From NCBI GenBank assembly GCA_963748015.1, contig CAVVHE010000009.1, positions 96,001-160,000 of the forward strand: a stretch of DNA of 64,000 nt. Reading direction: 5' to 3'. Origin of the DNA: Terriglobia bacterium. GTDB taxonomy: Bacteria; Acidobacteriota; Polarisedimenticolia; Polarisedimenticolales; JAIQFR01. Positions 36,190-45,793 of the stretch are shown piece by piece (the stretch's first letter is position 1; each line of letters starts with the position of its first letter). The notes under the pieces were generated by a model. The model did no database searches and was not told the origin of the DNA. It was given only the letters and a program-made list of their open reading frames with translations. The position numbers and the translations under genes are program-made.

Positions 36190-37233
36190 ATTCGCACCGC
36201 CATCTTAACCCTGATGATCCTGGCACTCGCCGCGACGGCTCTCCCCGCCCGCGCCGCGGAGCCGGACGGCTCCCCGGCGGGCCTCGAGAAGCGCGTCGCC
36301 GACGCCGAGAACAAGCTCGGCGCCCTCTCCGACCGCATGGAAGTCCTGCTCAAGAAGATCGACGACGTCCTGTGGTTCGACCGCGTCGGGGACGTCGCCG
36401 ACGTGGACAAGATCTGGTACCCGAGCGCCCCCAACCCGAAAGGGGAGGAGACCTACGGGATCAAGAACGAGCGCCACCCGTTCAAGATCTGGTCGTACGT
36501 GTTCGTCCCCAAGAAGCTCGACCGCTCGAAGAAGCACCCGCTGCTGCTCCTCCCGCACGGCGGCGTCCACGCCGACTTCGACACCTACTACACGCACATC
36601 GTGCGCGAGCTGATCGACCGCGGGTACGTCGTCGTCGCGCCCGACTACCGCGGCTCCACGGGCTACGGCAAGGAGTACCGCGAGGCGATCGACTACGGCG
36701 GGCTCGAGGTGGACGACGTCGTGGCCGGCCGCGACTGGGCGGTCGAGACGCTCCCGTTCGTGGACGGGGCGCGCGCCGGCATCCTCGGCTGGAGCCACGG
36801 CGGGCTGATCGCGCTGATGGCGGTGTTCGACCACCCGGACAAGTTCAAGGCGGCGTACGCCGGCGTGCCGGTCTCGGACCTGATCGCGAGGATGGGCTAC
36901 ACCGAGGAGGGCTACCGCGCCGAGTTCTCCGCCCCGTATCACATCGGCAAGACCGCGAACCAGGACGTGGACGAGTACCGGCGCCGCTCGCCGGTGTGGA
37001 ACGTCGAGAAGCTCAAGACGCCGCTCCTGATCCACACGAACACGAACGACCGCGACGTGAACGTGGTCGAGGTCGAGCACCTGATCCAGGCGCTCAAGGC
37101 GGCGGGGAAGGACTTCCAGTACAAGATCTACAAGGACGCCCCCGGCGGCCACAGCTTCAACCGGCTGGACACGACGGCGGCGCGCGAGTCGCGCAAAGAG
37201 GTCTACGACTTCCTGGCGAAGTACCTCAAGTAG
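36190..37233 (+). CDS. S9 (prolyl oligopeptidase-like) secreted peptidase
   Basis: HGG, DYRGSTGYG, GWSHGG nucleophile; probable ATT start at 36190 (first ATG 36214). Confidence 0.9.
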   Translation: MRTAILTLMILALAATALPARAAEPDGSPAGLEKRVADAENKLGALSDRMEVLLKKIDDVLWFDRVGDVADVDKIWYPSAPNPKGEETYGIKNERHPFKIWSYVFVPKKLDRSKKHPLLLLPHGGVHADFDTYYTHIVRELIDRGYVVVAPDYRGSTGYGKEYREAIDYGGLEVDDVVAGRDWAVETLPFVDGARAGILGWSHGGLIALMAVFDHPDKFKAAYAGVPVSDLIARMGYTEEGYRAEFSAPYHIGKTANQDVDEYRRRSPVWNVEKLKTPLLIHTNTNDRDVNVVEVEHLIQALKAAGKDFQYKIYKDAPGGHSFNRLDTTAARESRKEVYDFLAKYLK

Positions 37234-37243
37234 GGAGAGCGGC

Positions 37244-38434
37244 ATGATCGAACCCGTCGTTGATGCCCGGGACCTCGAGACCTGGGCCTCGATCCTCCTC
37301 GACCACTCGCTCGGCGGGATCGAGCCCGGCGACCGCGTGATGATCAAGGGAGAGCGGATCGGCTGGCCGCTCATGGAGGTGCTCGAGCGGCGCGTCGTCG
37401 AGGCCGGTGCCGTGCCCGACGTGCTGCTCGTCCCGCCGAACAACGACCGCGGCCGCGTCTGGTCGGCGGGGGTGGGGCGGGTCGCGACGCCGGAGCAGCT
37501 CGCGCGCGTCCCCGACTGGCACCGCGCGAGGTACGAGTCGTTCAACAAGTACGTCGAGGTCCTGGGCGCCGAGGATCCGTCGCGTTATCAGGGGCTCGAG
37601 CCCGCGCGCGCGCAGGCCGTCGCGATGGCGGACCGGCCGTTCGCGAACCTGAGGCTCGCGCGGCGCTGGGTGATCACGCTCTACCCGACGCCGGCGATGG
37701 CGGCGTTCGAGGGGATCGAGTTCGACGAGTACGTGCGCTTCGTCGTGGACGCGTCGATCACCGACCCGCGGCCGCTGCGCGACGCGGAGGAGAGGATCGC
37801 CCCGCTGCTCCGCGAGGGCCGGCGCGCCACGGTCGTGACCGAGGCACCCGACGGGCGCAACATGGCGCTGGTACTCGACATCGGCCCGTCCATCCCGGCG
37901 ATGTCGTACGGCCTGCGCAACCTCCCGGACGGCGAGGTGTACACCAGCCCGGTCGCGTCGGCGACGGAAGGGGAGATCTACCTCGACCTCCCGAACTCGA
38001 ACGCGGGAAACGACATCCGCGGCATCCGCCTCCGCTTCGAGCACGGGCGGATCGTGAACTACCACGCGGAGGTCGGCCACCAGCACCTTCGCGAGATCAT
38101 CGAGACCGACGACGGCTCGCACCGCTTGGGCGAGTTCGCCCTCGGCATGAACCCCGGATTGACCCGGGTCTTGAAGCACCCGCTGTTCGTCGAGAAGGTC
38201 GGCGGTACCGTCCACATCGCGATCGGCGCCAGCTACGAGCACTGCTACGTCGAGGACCCCGCGTCCGACGACGGAAAGAAGCGCATCGCCGAGCTGACCG
38301 CCGCCGACGTCGTCAATCGCAGCGCCCAGCACGTGGACCTCGTCGCCGACTTCCGGCCGGGCGGGTGCGGGCGGAAGGTGATGATCGACGGGACGGAGCT
38401 GGTGGTGAAGGATGGGGTCTGGGTGGTGAAGTAG
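37244..38434 (+). CDS. Aminopeptidase (M29 family)
   Basis: NLPDGEVYTSP, LGEFALG, EKVGGTVHIAIG, SAQHVD. Confidence 0.88.
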   Translation: MIEPVVDARDLETWASILLDHSLGGIEPGDRVMIKGERIGWPLMEVLERRVVEAGAVPDVLLVPPNNDRGRVWSAGVGRVATPEQLARVPDWHRARYESFNKYVEVLGAEDPSRYQGLEPARAQAVAMADRPFANLRLARRWVITLYPTPAMAAFEGIEFDEYVRFVVDASITDPRPLRDAEERIAPLLREGRRATVVTEAPDGRNMALVLDIGPSIPAMSYGLRNLPDGEVYTSPVASATEGEIYLDLPNSNAGNDIRGIRLRFEHGRIVNYHAEVGHQHLREIIETDDGSHRLGEFALGMNPGLTRVLKHPLFVEKVGGTVHIAIGASYEHCYVEDPASDDGKKRIAELTAADVVNRSAQHVDLVADFRPGGCGRKVMIDGTELVVKDGVWVVK

Positions 38435-38550
38435 GCGGGCCGGAACGCGGACGGGCGCGTGCGGGGAGGTGGAGCCCGGCTCGGTCTCTCCCGAGGCCAT
38501 CCCTCGAGGCGCCGTCTCGAGCTCGAGCAAATCCTGTAGAATCCCCGATC

Positions 38551-39480
38551 ATGTTCAAAGCAGAGAAGCTGACGAAACGATTCGGGGACATCCGGGCGGT
38601 GGACGGGATCTCGTTCGAGGTTCGCAAGGGGGAGCTCTACGGCCTCCTCGGCCCGAACGGGGCCGGCAAGACCACCACCATGTCGATCCTCGCCGGCCTC
38701 TTGGCTCCCGACGACGGCCGCGTCGAGTTCGACGGCATCGACCTCGCCGCGGACCCCCTCCGCGTCAAGGCCCAGCTCGGGATCGTCCCGCAGGAGCCCG
38801 CGCTCTACGAGACCCTCTCGGCCCGCGAGAACCTCCGCTTCTGGGGAGCCTTCTACGGCCTCGCCGGGGCCGACCTCGACCGCGCCGTCGATCGCGTCCT
38901 CGAGCAGACCGGCCTCGCGGCCCGCGCCAAGGACCCCATCCGCACCTATTCCGGCGGGATGAAGCGCCGCCTCAACCTCGGCATCGGCCTCGTCCATTCC
39001 CCCCGCGCCGTCCTCATGGACGAGCCCACCGTCGGCATCGATCCCCAGGCCCGCCTCAACATCCTCGACGTCGTCCGCGCCGTCGCAGCCTCCGGCACCA
39101 CCGTCGTCTACACCACGCACTACCTCGAGGAGGCCGAGACCCTCTGCGACCGGATCGGGATCATGGACCACGGCAAGATCCTCGCCGAGGGGACTCTCGA
39201 CGAGCTGAAGCGCCGCGTCGGCACGAAAGAGGTCGTCACCGTCCGCGGCGGCTTCGACCCCGAGCAGGCCCGCGCCCGCCTCGGCGCGGTCCCCGGCGCG
39301 ACCGTCCTCTCCGCCGAGCAGGGCAAGGTCGTCCTCACGGTCGACGGCGGAGGCCGCGCGGCCGTCGAGCTGCTCACCGAGGCCCTCGGCGGCGGACTTC
39401 AGGTGGAGGGTGTCTCCGTCGAGCCGCCCAGCCTGAACGCGCTCTTCCTCGATCTCACCGGCCGCGAGCTGCGCGACTGA
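38551..39480 (+). CDS. ABC-2 type transporter ATP-binding protein
   Basis: GPNGAGKTT, YSGGMKRR, MDEPT. Confidence 0.95.
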   Translation: MFKAEKLTKRFGDIRAVDGISFEVRKGELYGLLGPNGAGKTTTMSILAGLLAPDDGRVEFDGIDLAADPLRVKAQLGIVPQEPALYETLSARENLRFWGAFYGLAGADLDRAVDRVLEQTGLAARAKDPIRTYSGGMKRRLNLGIGLVHSPRAVLMDEPTVGIDPQARLNILDVVRAVAASGTTVVYTTHYLEEAETLCDRIGIMDHGKILAEGTLDELKRRVGTKEVVTVRGGFDPEQARARLGAVPGATVLSAEQGKVVLTVDGGGRAAVELLTEALGGGLQVEGVSVEPPSLNALFLDLTGRELRD

Positions 39481-40760
39481 TGCGCCGCATCCTGCTCCTC
39501 GTCGGCAAGGATCTGAGGCGCAAGCTCCGAGCCCCGCTGGGCCTCGTCGTCACGCTCCTGTTCCCGGTCCTTCTCGCGGGAATGATCGCCCTGGTCTTCG
39601 GCGCGCGCGGCGACCAGACCCCCAAGGTGCGCCTGCTCGTGCAGAACCAGGACGACGGGATGCTCGCCTCCGCGCTCGCTTCGGCCATGGCCTCCGAGCG
39701 GATGGCCGAGCGCTTCGACGTGCGCCTGGTCGGCGACGAAGGGCGCGCGCTCATGGAGCGAGGAGAGGCCTCGGCCCTCCTCGTGATCCCCAAGCGCTTC
39801 ACGAAGGACGTGCTCGACGGCACCCCGGTCACGCTCGCCCTCGTGAAGAACCCCGCCGAGGGGATCCTTCCCGCGGTCGCCGAGCAGCTCGCGTCGATCC
39901 TCGCCCAGCTGCTCGACGGCGGCGCGCGCGTGCTGCGCGGCCCGCTCGACGACCTCCGCCCGTACCTCGCGGACGGTTCCGGCGCGCCGACCGACGCGGC
40001 CGTCTCCGCGATATCCATCTCTTTCAAGCGCGTCATCGAGAGCGCCGGCAAGTACGTCCTGCCGCCGGCCATCACCCTGGAAGGGGTCTTCGGCGCGAAG
40101 AAGAAGGAAGAGGACAAGAAGAAGGACGACAGGTCCGACGACGGCACGACGTCCGCGATCTTCCTCCTCGTCCTGCCGGGAGTCGGCGTCTACTCGCTGT
40201 TCCTCGTCGGCGACTCCGCGATGCGCGACGTCATGACCGAAGCGGTCCAGGGCACGCTCCGGCGCCAGCTCGCGGGGCCCATCGGCCCCGGGACGCTCGT
40301 TCTCGCCAAGGCCCTCTACACCGCGGCGCTCTCGCTGATCGCCCTCGTCGTGCTCGCGGCGGTGGGCGCCGCCGTACTGCGTCGCGGCGTCGATCCCGCG
40401 GGGTTCGCAATCCTCTCGCTGTCCATCGTGCTCGCCGTCTCGGGCGCCGCCGCCACGATCTACGGCTTCGCCCGCACCGAGCGCGTCGGCGCCACCGTCG
40501 CGTCCGTCGTCTATCTCTTCATGGGGTTCGCCGGCGGCAGCTTCGTCCCGCTCCAGAACCTCCCCGCCGCCGTGCGCCGCGTCGCGCCGATGACGCCGTT
40601 CTACTGGGGCGGCACCGGCTTCCGGAAGTTGATCGCCGATGGCGGCGGCCTCGCCGACGTCCTCCTCAACGCCGCCGTGCTCGCGACGTTCGGCGTCGCC
40701 CTGCTCGCCCTCGGAGGCTGGGCCCTCGGCCGCTCCGTGCGGAGGGGAGGCGCGGCATGA
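39480..40760 (+). CDS. ABC-2 type permease
   Basis: N-terminal TM, extracytoplasmic loop, C-terminal TM cluster; coupled to the ATPase. Confidence 0.88.
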   Translation: MRRILLLVGKDLRRKLRAPLGLVVTLLFPVLLAGMIALVFGARGDQTPKVRLLVQNQDDGMLASALASAMASERMAERFDVRLVGDEGRALMERGEASALLVIPKRFTKDVLDGTPVTLALVKNPAEGILPAVAEQLASILAQLLDGGARVLRGPLDDLRPYLADGSGAPTDAAVSAISISFKRVIESAGKYVLPPAITLEGVFGAKKKEEDKKKDDRSDDGTTSAIFLLVLPGVGVYSLFLVGDSAMRDVMTEAVQGTLRRQLAGPIGPGTLVLAKALYTAALSLIALVVLAAVGAAVLRRGVDPAGFAILSLSIVLAVSGAAATIYGFARTERVGATVASVVYLFMGFAGGSFVPLQNLPAAVRRVAPMTPFYWGGTGFRKLIADGGGLADVLLNAAVLATFGVALLALGGWALGRSVRRGGAA

Positions 40761-41905
40761 AGCGCGTCCTGCTCCTCGCGTTGCACGACCTGCGCCTGAC
40801 CGTGCGCGACCGCGCCGCGTTCTTCTGGATGCTCGTCCTCCCCGTCGCCCTCATGTGGGTATTCGGGCAGATGGGAGGGGGAGGGGGCGCCACGAAGGTC
40901 CGACTCACGGTCGTGGACCGCGACCACGGCTGGCTCGCGCGGGCGTTCATCGCCCAGCTCGCCTCGCCCGACGTCGACGTGAAGGAGCTGACCCCCGAAC
41001 AGGCCGCCAAGGAGCCGAAGAAGATCCGCACCCTGGTCGTTCCCGAGGGGTTCACCGCCAAGGCCCTCGCGGGCGACAAGCAGGCGCTCGCCATCGAGCG
41101 CGACCCCGGCACCGGCGCCGACTTCGACCTCGCCGCCGACGCCAACGTCGTCCGCGCCGTTACCCGAACGCTCGCGCTGCTGGTGGAGCTGAGCGAGGCG
41201 AAGACACCCGCGGCGTCCGCCGAGGCCGAGTTCGCCCGCCTCGCCGCCCGCCCGCCCCTCGTCCGTCTCGACGTGACGATGGCCGGAAAGGGGAAGCCCG
41301 TGCCGAGCGGCAAGGCGCAGAGCGTCCCCGGCATCCTCACCATGACCGTATTGATGATGACCGTCATCTACGGCGGCGTGTTCCTGACGCTCGAGAAGCG
41401 CGACGGCACCCTCCGCCGCCAGGCCGCCGGCCCCATCGGCCGCGGCGGCATCGTCGCCGGAAAGCTCCTCGGCCGGCTGATGGTCGCGGGGATGCAGACC
41501 GCCGTGCTGCTGCTCGTGGGGAGATTCCTGTTCGGCGTGAGCTTCGGAGCGTCGCCCGCGGGGCTGTTTTTGCTGCTCGCCGCGTACGCGTTCTGCGCCG
41601 CGGCGCTCGCCACCCTGTGCGGCGCCGTGTTCAAGACCCCCGAGCAGGCGTCCGCCATCGGCTGGCTCTCGTGCATGGTCATGGCGGCGCTCGGCGGCTG
41701 CTGGTGGCCCAGCGAGGTCGTGCCCCGGTGGCTCTGGACCGCGTCGCACGTCTTCCCCACGGCCTGGGCGATGGACGCGTTCCACGCGTTGATCAGCTTC
41801 GGGCGGGGAATCGACGCGGTCCTCCTCCCGGCCGCGGTGCTGGTCGGGTTCGGGGTGGTGTTCGCGCTGGTCGGCGCGCGCCGCCTGCGGGTCGATGCGG
41901 CGTGA
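40757..41905 (+). CDS. ABC-2 type permease
   Basis: Same topology; LGGCWWP..P motif. Confidence 0.9.
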   Translation: MKRVLLLALHDLRLTVRDRAAFFWMLVLPVALMWVFGQMGGGGGATKVRLTVVDRDHGWLARAFIAQLASPDVDVKELTPEQAAKEPKKIRTLVVPEGFTAKALAGDKQALAIERDPGTGADFDLAADANVVRAVTRTLALLVELSEAKTPAASAEAEFARLAARPPLVRLDVTMAGKGKPVPSGKAQSVPGILTMTVLMMTVIYGGVFLTLEKRDGTLRRQAAGPIGRGGIVAGKLLGRLMVAGMQTAVLLLVGRFLFGVSFGASPAGLFLLLAAYAFCAAALATLCGAVFKTPEQASAIGWLSCMVMAALGGCWWPSEVVPRWLWTASHVFPTAWAMDAFHALISFGRGIDAVLLPAAVLVGFGVVFALVGARRLRVDAA

Positions 41906-41967
41906 ACCCTGCCGAAAGCCGGGAGGAGAGGCGGCGCACCTGGGGATACAATGCTGGCGCTGCTTGG

Positions 41968-42041
41968 GCCCCCATAGCTCAGTAGGTCAGAGCGGCGGAC
42001 TCATAATCCGCTGGTCCCAGGTTCGAGTCCTGGTGGGGGCC
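41968..42041 (+). tRNA. tRNA with CAT anticodon, probably tRNA-Ile2 (lysidine-modified)
   Basis: Acceptor GCCCCCA/TGGGGGC, D-arm TAGCTCAG..GG..AGAGC, anticodon arm GCGGA-CTCATAA-TCCGC, T-arm CCAGG-TTCGAGT-CCTGG; no encoded CCA. Confidence 0.93.
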
Positions 42042-42081
42042 TCATAATCCGCTGGTCCCAGGTTCGAGTCCTGGTGGGGGC
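42041..42081 (+). repeat. Exact tandem duplicate of the tRNA 3' 41 bp
   Basis: 42000-42040 identical to 42041-42081. Confidence 0.95.
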
Positions 42082-42560
42082 ATTCGTAAGTGGTTGGGCA
42101 CACGCAACTTCGCCGCACGTGCCGCACGGCGAAGCGAACGACTCTACGCAAAGTGTGCGCACCCGCCCTCCAAACCAAGGCCACCGACGCGTCCCGCGGC
42201 TCGGCTGACTTGGCGGAAGTGCCCGATGGGGACTGACTTTCCACCACGACCTTTCCGTTGGCTATGTCAGGCCAGCGGATTCAAAATGCGCTGCTCGGAG
42301 GATTGTGTGTGGTTTCGCAAGTTGCTGTCCCGTGGCGATTTGCCGACACGAAAAGCAGCTCGTTTAGCCAAGACCAGCGGACTTTTGGTGCGCTGCTCTC
42401 GGTGCCGACGTCCCGCAGATGTGCTGATTTCCTGGCGCCTTCGGGATGTTACCCGAACGCGGCAATGGCGTAGAGTTTGTTGCCGCGGAACGGCCGGGGC
42501 GGTCGGCGACACGGCTGGCAACACCGCGTCCAACGAGTGAGTGCAAAAGTGTTTCGTCCG

Positions 42561-44069
42561 ATGACCAACCCCTACTGCGACGCATTGCGAATCGACGTAC
42601 CCGTTCTGGAGGAGGTCAAGGATCATCGGGACGCGAACACTTACTCCCTGCTCATCGTCGCCCTGCTGGAGCGTGGCGACGCGATGACACTCGCCGACGT
42701 TGCCCAGCGTTTCGCGGCTGCCGGCGTCGCCCCCTTCGAACGGGCGCTGCAATCACTCCAGCGCTGCAAACCCGCACGCGCGCCGGTGTACCGTGACGGC
42801 GAAACATACGCTCTCGATCCCCACGACGACGAGTTGGACCTCTGGGCGTTCAGGCTCGGTCTTCGCCCACCGAACGTGCCGACATTTTCGGTGGTTCCCG
42901 CCGTGTCCGAGCTTCCTGCGGGCGTGCACGAGCGCCTGAAGGTGGCCGAGCTCGACGAGGCCTGGCGTGGCGCGAGCCTCTGGGGTTGGTCGGCACAGCG
43001 CCTTGTGCTGGCAGTTCTCGATGCCCACGGCGGAGCGATGACGCCGGAAGAGGTCGTCGCTTTCGTCGGCGCGCTAAGCCGGTGGCACGGGGTAAAGCCC
43101 GATTCGGCGAAGTTCCGCAGGCCCCGTTCGACGATCCGCGTCCGCGACGACGGCCGGTGGGAGATCGGAGACGATCGGGAGGCGCTGCTCGCGGCGAGGA
43201 AGGCGGTGCGCGATCGGGTGCGGATCGTGAGGCGATGGGCAGCCACGCGGCCGGATCCCATCGTGATGGAGGCGAACCGCAAGGCGTTCGAGCGCCGGCG
43301 GGCCGCCCACGCCACGCACCTCGCGACGCTAAGTCGCGCGCTGTTGCGCGCGTTTCCACCAAGGGCACCCCAGGCAGTCGCACTGCTGGATGTCGGCAAG
43401 CGCGACATCCAGACGTTTCTCGCAGATGAGATCGAAGACGCGACGAAACGCATCGCTTCGTACGACATCATCGGTGCGGTGGACGTGCGCTCCGTGCTGA
43501 AAGCGCTCGGCGTGGACGCGGGCGATCGACGACTCGCGGAACTCGGACCACCCCAGAAATCGATGACACTCAACAAGCGTGGCCGGACGCTCAGGATCAC
43601 CACGGCCATGCTCATTCAAGGCTCGTGCGGGATCGCTCGACCGTTCGGTGAGGACGAAAAGCTCGAGACGTACCTGCGGAAGGGCCGGTCGACCCAGCTG
43701 CGACGCCGGCTGGAAGCCGATGCCAAGTCGCTGTTCTCCTTCTACGAGTACGGGCGCTTGCACGGCGCAGTCCGCCTGCGATGGGGCTTCCTCGACGAGA
43801 TGATTCCAGCGCCGTGGGTCCATCGCGACGAGCTCTGCTTTCATGACCTGAAACGTCAGGCACTCGAGCGCGGACAGCTGCTGGAAGTGGTGGCTGGAGG
43901 CGCTCCGGGATGGGCCGAGCCATGGGCGCGAGCGCAATACTGCCATGTGGAGCGAGACTCGAGCGGTTACGGGCTGCTGCTCGTGGATGTTGAAGGGTTC
44001 GAGGTGGACGACCGCGACGTCCAGCTTGTTCGTCTCGCCGCGGTGAATGGCGGAGTGGGTCCGACCTGA
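42561..44069 (+). CDS. Hypothetical protein with two putative winged-helix-like repeats
   Basis: Long ORF; similar segments LLIVALLERGDAMTLADVAQRF and LVLAVLDAHGGAMTPEEVVAFV. Confidence 0.7.
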   Translation: MTNPYCDALRIDVPVLEEVKDHRDANTYSLLIVALLERGDAMTLADVAQRFAAAGVAPFERALQSLQRCKPARAPVYRDGETYALDPHDDELDLWAFRLGLRPPNVPTFSVVPAVSELPAGVHERLKVAELDEAWRGASLWGWSAQRLVLAVLDAHGGAMTPEEVVAFVGALSRWHGVKPDSAKFRRPRSTIRVRDDGRWEIGDDREALLAARKAVRDRVRIVRRWAATRPDPIVMEANRKAFERRRAAHATHLATLSRALLRAFPPRAPQAVALLDVGKRDIQTFLADEIEDATKRIASYDIIGAVDVRSVLKALGVDAGDRRLAELGPPQKSMTLNKRGRTLRITTAMLIQGSCGIARPFGEDEKLETYLRKGRSTQLRRRLEADAKSLFSFYEYGRLHGAVRLRWGFLDEMIPAPWVHRDELCFHDLKRQALERGQLLEVVAGGAPGWAEPWARAQYCHVERDSSGYGLLLVDVEGFEVDDRDVQLVRLAAVNGGVGPT

Positions 44070-44162
44070 CAACTGGCGGATCTGCGCGACCCACTGCTAC
44101 CGCGCCCTCTGGGGACCCTCACGACCTCCTTTCAGCTCCTGGCGTCCCGGAAACCGCCGTCC

Positions 44163-44197
44163 TTGCCTTCGAAGCGAATCGGCGCCATAATCGCTTC
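44163..44197 (+). promoter_or_regulatory. Putative Fic promoter with overlapping inverted repeat
   Basis: TTGCCT-N17-CATAAT overlapped by GAAGCGA-N13-TCGCTTC. Confidence 0.55.
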
Positions 44198-44223
44198 ACC
44201 AAGTGACGCGATTAGAGGGCGCA

Positions 44224-45342
44224 ATGCCTCAGTGGATCTGGCAGAACAGGCGCTGGCCCCGGTTCTCCTGGGACGAGGCGACGATCGCGGCGCCGCTGGC
44301 CCGGGCGAGGCTCGCCCAGGGCAGGGTGCTGGGCGCGGTAGGGATCCTCGACCCGACCCTGACCAACGAGGCCGTCGCCGCAGTCCTCGTCGGCGAGGGA
44401 CTCGCCACGAGCGCCATCGAGGGCGAGCGGCTAGACGTGAAGGCGGTCAGGTCCTCGGTGGCGCGGCACCTGGGACTGCCGTCGGCGGGGCTCGCTGCTC
44501 GTTCGCGGTCGGTCGACGGTCTCGTCGAAGTGCTGCTCGATGCGACCCGGAGCCAGCGAACCCCGTTGACTGTCGAGCGGCTCTGCCGCTGGCAAGCGGC
44601 ACTGTTCCCCACGGGTCAGTCCGGTCTGCGTCGGATTCGGACCGGAGCCCTACGGGGCGAGGATCCGATGCAGGTGGTGTCGCAACACGCCGGCCGCGAG
44701 CGGGTCCACTTCGTCGCTCCACCGCGGAATCGATTGGAACGCGAGCTGTGCCGCTTCCTCGACTGGTTCGCCGAGCCCCCCTCATCTCTCGACGGATTGC
44801 TGCGAGCCGGGCTGACTCACCTCTGGTTCGTAACCTTGCATCCGTTCGAAGACGGAAACGGCCGGATCGCGCGGGCGCTGACCGACATGGCCCTCGCCCA
44901 GGACGAGCGCCAGACCCAGCGGTTCTTCAGCCTGTCCGCTCGGATCGAGCAGGAGCGAAAAGCCTACTACGAGGTGCTGGAAAGGACTCAGCGCGGGGAT
45001 CTCGACGTCACCCCCTGGCTTTCATGGTTTCTCGAACAGACCGCGGCCGCCTGCGAAACCGCGGAGACCACGGTCTCGCGGGTGCTGGTCAAGGCCCGCT
45101 TCTGGCTGCGGCACCAGGGAACGAGTCTCAACGATCGGCAGCGCAAGGTTCTGAACCGCCTGCTCGACGCGGGACCGGGCGGTTTCGAGGGAGGCATCAC
45201 GACGCGGAAGTACTCGAGCCTCACCCGGGTCAGCCGCGCCACCGCCTACCGCGAGTTGGCGGACCTCATGGCAAAGGGATGCCTCGACCCTGTTGGAGGA
45301 GGCGGGCGCAGCCACGCATACGCGATTCGTTGGGATCTCTGA
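44224..45342 (+). CDS. Fic family protein (DUF4172 N-terminus, C-terminal HTH)
   Basis: WIWQ..WPRFSWD start, TSAIEGE, HPFEDGNGRIAR Fic motif, SRATAYREL..GGGRS. Confidence 0.93.
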   Translation: MPQWIWQNRRWPRFSWDEATIAAPLARARLAQGRVLGAVGILDPTLTNEAVAAVLVGEGLATSAIEGERLDVKAVRSSVARHLGLPSAGLAARSRSVDGLVEVLLDATRSQRTPLTVERLCRWQAALFPTGQSGLRRIRTGALRGEDPMQVVSQHAGRERVHFVAPPRNRLERELCRFLDWFAEPPSSLDGLLRAGLTHLWFVTLHPFEDGNGRIARALTDMALAQDERQTQRFFSLSARIEQERKAYYEVLERTQRGDLDVTPWLSWFLEQTAAACETAETTVSRVLVKARFWLRHQGTSLNDRQRKVLNRLLDAGPGGFEGGITTRKYSSLTRVSRATAYRELADLMAKGCLDPVGGGGRSHAYAIRWDL

Positions 45343-45440
45343 TCAGAACCTCTCGTGGTGCGCGGCGCGGGGACGGCAACTCCTGGCACCGATCCGCGTT
45401 CGGTCCGAACCGGCGTTCTCAGAAAGCGGCCGCCGCGACG

Positions 45441-45602
45441 GAACTCTACGCAAAGTCTACGCAACAGCATGGAAACGGTGGACACCGGTGGAAGCGGTGG
45501 ACAAGAAAACGGGCGCCGTCTCCGAAAAAGCTGGAAACGGCACCCTCGAAATTTTCCCTCATAATCCGCTGGTCCCAGGTTCGAGTCCTGGTGGGGGCAT
45601 TC
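45441..45602 (+). repeat. att-like junction copy 1 (arm + intact tRNA 3' half)
   Basis: ACTCTACGCAAAGTCTACGCAA...; perfect tRNA fragment 45558-45598. Confidence 0.92.
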
Positions 45603-45793
45603 AATTCGACCGAGCCGAGTTGAGCTCAAATACCAGCAGTGATGAACACTCACGCGCTGGGATCCGCGATCGCCGCACGCTCTTACACAGCCCACTTCGC
45701 GCTTCCCCAAACCCCCAAGCCGGCGTATACGCTACTCAGCAGAACTACCGGAGGGCATTTCGCGCCCGCTCGAGCCGAGGTAGGCTGTCGCCC

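Noticed and set aside
41968..42041. Initiator or elongator tRNA-Met call
   Set aside because: The 1:72 pair is G-C and there is no GGG/CCC anticodon stem, so it is not an initiator; sequence resembles Ile2 more than elongator Met, though the latter is not fully excluded
45293..45793. N-terminal extension of the DUF2075 ORF (and similar extensions at 51412-51888 and 54769-55167)
   Set aside because: These run through att repeats or intergenic DNA; downstream starts fit the domain boundaries better
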